DNA of 64,000 nt from the human T2T-CHM13v2.0 reference genome, Homo sapiens. The stretch lies in NCBI RefSeq assembly GCF_009914755.1, contig NC_060926.1. The stretch is one strand, 5' to 3'. Within the stretch, counting starts at the first letter, position 1, and each line of letters begins with the position of its first letter. The translations under genes and the position numbers were made by a program. The notes beneath the pieces are model-generated. The model saw only the letters and a list, made by a program, of their open reading frames with translations, made no database searches and was not told where the DNA came from. This document shows positions 41,330 through 64,000 of the stretch, piece after piece.

Positions 41330-41492
41330 AACAGAACCATGGAAGGTTAGAATTGGAACATCTTGTTTAACCTCCTCAGTTTGTAGATGAAGAAACTGAG
41401 GCCCAGAGAGAGAAAGTGATATCCCCAAAGTCACACAGCCAGATTGTGGCAGATCAAGATTAGGCCCCAGGATTAGTGCCTCTTTGGACTAT
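41330..41492 (-). mobile_element. MIR
   Basis: Well-preserved core 'tttgtagatgaagaaactgaggcccagagag...aagtcacacagc'. Confidence 0.8.
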
Positions 41493-41744
41493 GGTAAGCT
41501 CACTCTGTGGGGTAGCCCGGAGCTCTGAGGTGCCTATTTCCTGTACCAAGATGATTATGAAAGAACAATGAGGGGGACACATATTTACAAAATATCATCT
41601 TAGTTAACCAAATGCAAATTTCCCAATTTGAGAATACTTAAGAGTTCCTAAGAGGGGGAAGACAGAGACCTGGGATGAAAAGATATTGGAGTAAATGCCA
41701 TTGCCCCTCGAACCCCCACAACTTCTTATCATGAATGAATAAAG

Positions 41745-41900
41745 CACTATTGGTTGCAAGTGCCCAAACACAGCTCAAACAAGTCAAACAACTACAACAG
41801 AGGAAATTTAATAGCCTATGTGAATAGGAAGTTCAGTGGCTGAAGGTAGTTTTAGGCAATTTAAACCAAATTTTAAAATTCTTGAGCAGGATACTGGGCC
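41745..41900 (-). mobile_element. Old MaLR LTR (MLT1-type) 3' fragment
   Basis: 'ttggttgcaagtg...ctcaaacaag...gaaatttaatagcctatgtgaa'. Confidence 0.45.
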
Positions 41901-44216
41901 AGCCATTCTGAGTTTGTGTGTAATTCCCTTAAAGTGGGCTGGGTGTGGCAGCTGGAGAAGGCTTGATGTTAGACCCTGGAGAGCAGAGAACAAAAACCTA
42001 ACTCCTAGAAACTAATTTGTATAAGAACCTGAACCTTCATCACCACTTGACATGGTCTTTCCTGGTTCAGGTGCCTATAGCTTTTCTTTGCTAGGTCTCT
42101 AACTGAATGACTCTCATCTTCTAACTTCTTATCCCACATTTCTGTACTTGCCTGGTTCCTTAACACTCATCACCTTATTAAATGTAGAGCCATACTTGCT
42201 GTAGAAGATGAACTGAAGTTGTAACATGTGGATGATGGTTCAAGTATCACATATGCAGCTCTCTTTACTATTCTTACCGCCAAAGGAACATGAAATTGCT
42301 CCCTATGCAACAAGGATGTCACCACTTGTCAAAACATAAGCAGCAGCTATGTTAAACCAGCAAGTTTAAAAACACCAAGGCACTATCCACCAGCTTTAGG
42401 TAATTATGATTTATTTTAGTTTGTTTGTTTATAGCCAGGTTCTTAGTAATTTAAACATTGCATTCTGAAATGCATGTGACTTTTTCACTGTGCCCTTTGG
42501 CAGGATCAATGAGTTCTGCACAGTGTTGCCTTTTGAGTCTTCTTCATTGTTTTTGTGAAATGCAATGGCACGGTGTTCTTCGTGGTCTCTCCGGACCTCA
42601 GCATTACTGTTCAAGTGCTGCTTTCATGTGTTATTTAAATCTGTGTCAAATGTGTGGTACCTTCCTACATGCAAACAGAAGTTCTGTTAGGAAACAAGTC
42701 AGCTAATTTTCCTACTCTGATAAAGTACAGGTTTACATTAAGAGGCTACTAGGATTTGGTTAAAAAAAAAATCCCAATTTCTAATCAGTGGGGACTTCTA
42801 TTTTCTTCCTCAGCTGATCAAAAATGAACTTGTCTGGTATTTCCCTGGCAAAGTAATAATCACGCTGAGATTTTTTTCACTATATTTATTGGAATATCTT
42901 GGGTGCTATCTACTGGCCAAATGTGGCATTGCCTCATAAAAGGTGAACAGGCAAATTGCCATAGCTCTTTTAAAGATAATTTTGTGTGGGGGCTGAATAT
43001 ATGCCATAGGTTTTAGCACACTTGGGACCTGCCTTCTTGGACAATATCACTTCCAGACATCGCTCATTGCCTTTGAGATTGGGGGATCACTTGATCAGAA
43101 GTCACACAAGTTGTAATATAAGTGAAATATAATGGGTAGGCAGGTTCCTGCTTGTCCTTCCTTGAAATGGTTGACTATAAATAGCTTAAATCTAATTTGC
43201 ACTTTGCTGAGCAATGTGAATGGATAAAAATGTTACTAATTTCAAATGAGCTTCGCTATATAGATTCAATCAATAATCCTGTGTCTTCATGTGTACATAA
43301 AGGAAAATAAGAAGTTAAAAAGATTCTTTATAGTTATTTTGCACTTAATACTAGGTAGAATGTACATGCCAATTGATAGTATTGGTCAAAATACTTGAAA
43401 ATAAACAGATAAACAATATTCAGCATAAGGTAAACTCATCCAATTTATGCTAACCAAATCATATTCTTTCCCCAGGAGTTTTTCTTTGTTAAGCATCTTG
43501 TAATTTACCCAGAAGAGTACATTATGCTTTAATCAGATTTGCAGAAAGGAACATATCAGGAGAAAACACGGAACAGTGAGACACTGAGAGACTATGCCAA
43601 GTGAGATGGGAGACACAGTCAAAGAGCAGAGGGATCTTACTTACTGTAGCAAAATGAGCAGTTGTCCCATTTAGGACAAATAGCTGTAAGGGAAAAGCCA
43701 AGGACATAAGATCAATATTGATCATTGAGAGGTAATGAAGAGAAAAGCCCAATATGTCAACATTAACTTAGGTGAAAATCTAGATTATAAGGCTGTACTT
43801 AACAGGAACTTAATGCAGGTGTATAGATTTAACAATATACCAGAAAATAAAATGCCCTATCTTAATTTCTAAAGTTATTAAAATGCAACTTATGCCTTTA
43901 ACTCAATTATTCTAAATTGCTTATTCAGTCATTCGGTGTTATTTTTGCCAGGTCATACTTACTTCAGGTTGTATTCTATTTCAGATTGTAATTTTTGAAA
44001 TTGAATATCCTGATTCTGGGACTGTATAATATATTTAACTTATTCAGTTTTCTGTATATTATTGAATAATGATAGATGTAAACATTTTGATTGAAATGAG
44101 AAAGACCATAAATTAAAATATTCAACTATCATTTTAAACCATTCTGTTTTGGCAGTGGAATATTTTTTAAAGTTATGTTTGTAGGTGGAAGTAGGAATTT
44201 TACTTACACTTATTTT

Positions 44217-51143
<6,927 letters not shown>

Positions 51144-51204
51144 CTTACACTTATTTTTTTATTTTTTATTGTTCCTAAATTGAGCTCTTTATTTTTTTAC
51201 ACTT

Positions 51205-57872
<6,668 letters not shown>

Positions 57873-58004
57873 AGACTCTACCGCTGTTTGCATCTTATGA
57901 ATAACACTCCAGATCTTTCCAAACATCTCTTCATATTTCTTTTACTGGGACTGCAGAAATGGGGTGGGGAAAGTAGCATGTAAGGTGATGCTTCTAAAGA
58001 AGGG

Positions 58005-58006
<2 letters not shown>

Positions 58007-58077
<71 letters not shown>

Positions 58078-58122
58078 TTGAGAGAAAGCTAGAGGGAAAG
58101 CGAGAGAAAGAGAGAGAGAGAG
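58007..58122. repeat. (GT)17 followed by (GA)n microsatellite
   Basis: Directly visible. Confidence 0.95.
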
Positions 58123-58221
58123 AAATCTGGCACAATGTTTTACACTGAGTGGGAATCCTCCCAATGCTTGTTAAGTCTTAATATAAGATATGTTGTATTT
58201 CTTTATTTCACTCATGACTCC

Positions 58222-58806
58222 AGTGATGGGTTTCTCTGTGTAACCTCATCAAACTGGGACCCACATTTCCCAGTATATTTTTCCATGTATAGCTGGGTTA
58301 GAATTGACCAATGTGGAACTCACATGAGATCTGATCTAGAAGGCAGAAGCTCTATGGCAGCCATTCCACTTTAAAAAGTCTTCTCAATCTGTGGTAATAG
58401 ATGGCCCCAGAGTGAACCTAGCAACTCCACCCTGTCCTCCCTCTCTGTCCTATCTGTTTATTTTCCCTACTGCTGTCCCTGCTGGCCAAGGCTACCCTAG
58501 GCCCACCTCTAGATGCTGGGTGGTGGATCCACAAGGGTAGTAAACACACAGATGCAACACCCACCCATGGATTGCTCCTTCATGACCCTGCTGGGCCTTT
58601 CAGAACATCCTGAGAGCTCCAGTTTTTCACCTGTACCAGTACTGCACCAAGAACAATTGGTGACCCCTCACAGATGCTTCAACTCCCCCTTCTGAATTTT
58701 CACTTCCTCAGCCACTGCCATAATTGCATAAAGTCTAATTTCTAACAGAAAAATCCCCAGTCACTCATAGTAGCCCTGCTTCCCTAACTGAACCTTGACT
58801 GGCATA
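58222..58806 (+). mobile_element. ERVL solo LTR (MLT2F/LTR52-like)
   Basis: 'cacatttcccag...ctgggttaga...tagaaggcagaag...gcagccatt'; end 'gaaccttgactggcata'; similar layout to the LTR at 12886. Confidence 0.6.
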
Positions 58807-58828
58807 ATCTCCAAATTTTATCCTCTCT

Positions 58829-58995
58829 CTTTTAAATTAAGTTACAGATGAGGTCTCACTATGTTGCCCAGGGTAAAATCCAGTGGCTATTCACAAGTGC
58901 ATGACAGCCTGAAACTCCTGGGCTGAGCTCAAGCAATCCTCTTGCTCAAGCCTCCTGAGTAGCTGAGACTACAGGCTCATGCCATCCTGCCAGGT
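58829..58995 (-). mobile_element. FAM (fossil Alu monomer)
   Basis: Monomer retaining the 7SL-derived 'cagtggctattcaca' segment diagnostic of FAM. Confidence 0.8.
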
Positions 58996-59377
58996 TATAC
59001 TCTTTCATTTACAACTTAAAATTGGTCATACTGATCATAATTGGTCAGTAAGCACTGAGTCCCTCAGTCCCCTTCATGTCAATTGCCCGATCTTTTGGGC
59101 TTAAATGCCTTCCTCTAGGATGACTATGCCTCTTTCTGGTATGTAATGGAATAAATATTACCACAGGAGCATTTCTTGACTTTCCCTTTATTTGCCTGCA
59201 AAAGAGGATTCTGCCGGGATGTACTAATTGTTTCCCCCTCTTTTCCTCCTTAAGACAAGTCCTACCTTATCAGATTTCTTGGTGGGCTTTAATGGTGGTA
59301 ATTCAAGTGTAAATGGAGAGTGAAATGAAACAAAAAGAAAGGAGGTAGTGAGGGTTCCAGAAGATGTAAAGGAGAGA

Positions 59378-60068
59378 GGCTGGACGTGGTGGTGATGGCT
59401 CGCTCCTGTAATCACAGCACTTTGAGAGGTTGAGGCTTGTATTAGTCAGTTTCTCTAAAGGGATGAAACTAATAGGATAGATGAATATATGAAGGTGAGT
59501 TTATTAGGAGAATTGACTTACACAATCACAAGGTGAAGCCCCCCAACAGGCAGTCTGTAAGCTGAGGAGGCAGCCAGACCAATTCCCAAAACCTCAAAAG
59601 TAGGGAAGCCGATAATGCAGCCTTCAGTCTGTGGCCAAACGCCCAAGAGTCCCTGGAAAATCACTGGTGTAAGTTCATGAGTACAAAAGCTGAAGAACTT
59701 GGAGTCTGATGTTTGAGGGCAGGAAGCATCTGGTAGGGAGAAAGATGGAGACCAGAAGACTCAGCCAGTCTACTGTTTCCATGCCTGCTTTTAGGCTAGT
59801 AGCTGATTAGATGGTGCCCACCCAGATTGAGGGTGAGTCTGTCTCTCCTAGTCCACTGACTCAAATGTTAATCTCCTTTGGCAACACCCTCACAGACACA
59901 CCCAGGAACAATACTTTGCATCATTCAACCCAATTTAGTTGACACTAGTATTAACCATTGCAAGGCAGAAGGAGTTTGGAACCAGCCTGGGAAACAAGCA
60001 GGCCCCCATTTCTACGAAAAAATTATTATAATAAATTTAAATTTAAAAATATATCAAAAAACAAAAAA
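59378..60068 (+). mobile_element. Left Alu monomer (FLAM-like) split by an LTR (halves 59378-59437 and 59963-~60068)
   Basis: 'ggctggacgtggtgg...cctgtaatcacagcactttgagaggttgaggc' resumes as 'aggagtttggaaccagcctgggaaaca...tctac' plus A-rich tail. Confidence 0.8.
59438..59962 (-). mobile_element. MLT2A2-like (HERV-L) solo LTR
   Basis: 'tgtattagtcag...ctgaagaacttggagtctgatgtttgagggcaggaagcatc...gactcaaatgttaatctcctttggcaacaccctcacagacacaccc...attaaccattgca'; 5-bp TSD aggct/aggca. Confidence 0.92.
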
Positions 60069-60287
60069 AGAAGAGAGAGGTGGAAGAAGTTTTAGTATAA
60101 ATGCAGTGGAAAGGAAAAAGAAGATTCTAAAAAATATTGTACGATCTATACATGCTTTTCATGGTATTCAAAAAATTAGAAATCTAAGTCATTTTGAAAT
60201 TAGTTTTAGTTGCATGGATTGGGTTCTTCAAATTGTGGCCCCTCTCTGGGACTGATCCACGTAGACTGTGGTTTTGAAAAGGTTATA

Positions 60288-60621
<334 letters not shown>

Positions 60622-61959
60622 GAAAAGGTTACATATATATACATATATATATATAGGAGTCATGCCTATAAGACAGTCTCTGAATAGACAGTAAAAACAA
60701 TTCATCTAAACCTCTCAAATTCCTCATGATTTCAACACTTTTTATGATTCCAAATTAATCTTTTAAGTATTATACAAAGTGCAAATGCTGATATCCAACA
60801 TGAATAAGTTTTTCTCAAAGTATATTATTTTATGAAACAAGCTCCAAGGAAAGTTATATTATTTACATTAAGGAAAAATTGAGTTCAATTAGGTTTGGAA
60901 AACATAAGACAAAAGAAAGTTAAACATATTGGTTTATTCAAGAACTATTTAAATTTCTTAATTTTTTTTTTTTCTGGGAACTTTTGAGAGCCTCTTTTGG
61001 GAGTAGCATGATCCAAAATATATTCATAGGATCACAAAAGAGAAACACAAAGTAGCCACGTCTTCCTGCACAGAGAAGAAATTGAGTGGCGTCATAGGTA
61101 AAGTCAAATGTATCTGGATTTTTGTCTCTTCATTGATCATCCAGAAGAAATAATGGGGAGCAAATCATGACATATGCAACAAATATATACAATTTTTGTT
61201 TGTCAGTGTTGTGAACTGAGTCAGACTTATGCATTTGACCTGGTAAGAGACAGATCAGCTTTTACCCCTTAATTCTGGTTAGCATATTTCTGATTAAAGA
61301 AAATTAAAATCAGCATGAAATAGAAGTGGTCTTCTTTTAGCTTTTTGAAATAAATATTTTGCATACAGTAAAATTCTCTCTTTGCTATGTACAGTGTCAT
61401 GGTTTCATGCAAATGCATAGTTATGTATCACATAGAGCAGTTCTAATTCCCTCACAGTTTTCTTATGCTGTCCCTTTGTAAGCCCATCCCCACAACCCCA
61501 AACCCTGATAACCACTGATTTATTTTCCATCCTAATAGTTTTTCCTTTTCATGAATATCAAAAATCATGTAGCCTTTGGAATCTGATTTCTTTCACTTAG
61601 CAAAATGCCTTTAAGCTTCATCCATGTATTAAATAGTTGCATGAATCAATAGGTACTTCCTATATTGTATTTTATAGAAGTTTTAGAGTTTGTTTATCCC
61701 TTTTCCTGTTGAAGAACATGTAGGTTCTTTCCAGTTTTTGGTAATTACAAATAAAGTAGTGTGAACCTAGATTTTCCAACTCACTTGAATAAATAGCTAT
61801 TAGTGGGACCGCTGGGTTATGTGATAAGTGTATGTTTAACTGTTTTCCAAAGTGTCTGTACTATTGTGAATTCCTACCAGAAGTGTTTGAGAGTTGCAGT
61901 TGCTCCGTGTCCTCACTCATATTTGATATTGTCAGATTTTTAAAATTCTAAACCACTTA

Positions 61960-62140
61960 TTTCTCAGAGAGTAGATGTTAAGCCTTCTCATCACAAAAAT
62001 GATAAATATGTTCTCATACTTATCATACACATATGTGAATTAGCTTGTTTGAGCCATTCCACAACATATACATGTTTCAAAACATCACTTTGTACACAAT
62101 AAATGTATACAATTTTTATTTGTCAATTAAAGAATAAAAC
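61960..62140 (+). mobile_element. L1MA/L1MB 3' end nested in opposite orientation
   Basis: 'gagagtagatgttaagccttctcatcacaaaa...gccattccacaacatatacatgtttcaaaacatcac...atttgtcaattaaagaataaaa'. Confidence 0.8.
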
Positions 62141-62246
62141 ACAGATTTAAACTATTTTAATACATGTATACATGGCATGTCATTGTGTATTTAATTTGCA
62201 TTTCCCTAGAGACTAATGATGCTGAGCATATATGTGTGCACAAATT

Positions 62247-62250
<4 letters not shown>

Positions 62251-62343
<93 letters not shown>

Positions 62344-62622
62344 AGGCCTTGCTCTGCTGCCCAGGATGAAGTGTAGTGTTTTGATCACGGCTCACTGCAG
62401 ATCCAACCTCCCAGGCTAAATCAATCCTCCACTTCTGCTTCCTGAGTAGCTGGGACCACAGGTGCATGCCACCATACCTGGCTACGTTTCATATTTCTTG
62501 TGGAGATGGTGTCTTATTATGTTGTTCAGGCTGGTCTGGAGCTCCTGGGCTCAAGCAACTGAGACCACCCATTTTGGTCTCTCAAAGTGTTGGGATTACA
62601 GGTGTGAGTCACCACACCCACC
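62251..62622 (-). mobile_element. AluJ (Jo-like) whose tail is replaced by (AT)19(AG)26
   Basis: 'tgatcacggctcactgcag', 'ctcctgggctcaagcaa'; TSD starts tgccat on both sides. Confidence 0.92.
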
Positions 62623-63484
62623 TGCCATCCATATATCTTCTTTCCTAAAGTGTCTGTTCAAATGTTTCACCTATTTTTTAATTGTGGTGCTTGGTTTTTT
62701 TATTATTGAATTTGGGAGTATTTATATACTCTTGGTACATGTCTTTTATCAGATATGTGATTTGCATATTTTCTCCTATTCTATGGGTTGTCTGTTAATT
62801 CTCTCAACAGTGTCTTTTGTGGAGCTACAGCTTAAAACTTTGATAGAGTCCAGTTAATCAATATTTTCTTTAATGGTGTATGCTTTTGGTATTGTATCTA
62901 AAAACACATTGACAAAACCAGTGCAACACAGGTATCGCCTAGAAGATACTGTCTTTACTTTTACATGATACCTTTAGGTCTGTAGCCATTTGGAGGTTTT
63001 TTGTTTTTTCTTCTTCTTTTTCCCATATGGATGTCCAAATTATTCAAGCATCATTTGTTGAGAAGCTTTTCTCCATTGAATTGCCTTTGAATCTTTATCA
63101 AAAATCAGTTAACTATTTGTGTAGATCTATTTCTGGGCTTTCTATTCTGTTTAATTGATCTGTGTGTCTATCCTTTTGACAATACAGGATCGACTTGATT
63201 ACTGTAGCTTTATAAGAATAAGACTTACAACTGGGTAATGTGAGGATTCTGACTTTGTTCTTTTCTTTTTCAGAATTTTGGAATTACCTATTTTAGTTCC
63301 TTTGCCTTTCCATGTAAAGTTTGGAATAAGCATATCAATATGTACAAACAAAATCTTTCTGTTATTTATATTTGGATTTCATTTTGAATCTATAGATCAA
63401 ACTATGTAGAAATGATGGAGGATGGAATTTTAAGGAGTGTTGATAATAATTCTTAGACTACAACAACAAAGAAACAAACAAAAA

Positions 63485-63720
63485 CCCAAACCTTAATGGC
63501 TCCTTCCTATTAGAAGATAAAGTTTAAACTCTCCAGCCTGATATTCAAATTTCTTTGTTATTTAGCAACATCCTGTTTTTTTCCAGCCTTATCTTTTATA
63601 ATTTCTAAACCTAGATTGGCACCTCCAGTGAAAGCAAATCACTGTTCCTCCAACATACCGTGGCCTTCTCATGCCCATGAATTCACTCCATTGCCTCCTC
63701 CACAATCCTGTTTCTCCCTT
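63485..63720 (+). mobile_element. L2 fragment
   Basis: 'aaaccttaatggctcc...gataaagtttaaactctccagcctgatattcaa...ttccagccttatc'. Confidence 0.55.
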
Positions 63721-63744
63721 TATTTCTAGTCAAATTCATTTTCT

Positions 63745-64000
63745 TTTTTAATTTTAAAATAGTAATTGGCAAATATTGTATATATTCAACATGTGCAATG
63801 TGATAATGTGATATATATGTGTATATATGTATATATTTATACATTGTGTAATGATTACCACAATAAAATTAATTAATGCATTCATAACCATCCATACTGT
63901 ACAGTAGATCCCTGGAACTAGTTTATATTATAATTGAAAGTTTGTACCCTTTGACAAACATCTTCCCATTTTCCTCACCCTCCAGCCACTAGCACCCATT
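63745..64000 (-). mobile_element. L1MA9/10-like 3' end, runs off window
   Basis: 'acattgtgtaatgattaccacaat...ctgtacagtagatccctggaact...gaaagtttgtaccctttgacaaacatc'. Confidence 0.85.

Larger units (their letters stand above)
61335..63415 (-). mobile_element. Old L1M (L1MB-MD type) 3' portion, interrupted twice
   Basis: 'aaccactgattta...tttctttcacttagcaaaatgc', 'ttaatttgcatttccctag', 'tctccattgaattgcctttg'. Confidence 0.8.

Overview
Primate (very probably human) genomic DNA, not microbial: it contains Alu, L1, MIR/L2 and MaLR/ERVL repeats and one CpG island. The only host coding sequence I can support is the 51-nt first coding exon of NXPH2 (neurexophilin-2; - strand, 35851-35901, MRLRPLPLVVVPGLLQL then GTGAGT) inside a CpG-island promoter (~35.0-37.1 kb). 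Positions 1-35850 are the 5' part of its very long intron 1; exon 2 lies outside the window. The upstream intergenic half carries two full-length but dead L1s arranged head-to-head about 160 bp apart, plus nested LTR/Alu insertions. I found no evidence for a new multi-gene system. The best leads are regulatory: an 11-codon uORF, a seven-tract G-quadruplex near the presumed TSS, a candidate poison exon in intron 1, a possible divergent first exon, and the L1 head-to-head pair. Repeat subfamily names are from memory of consensus sequences, and boundaries of old repeats are approximate.
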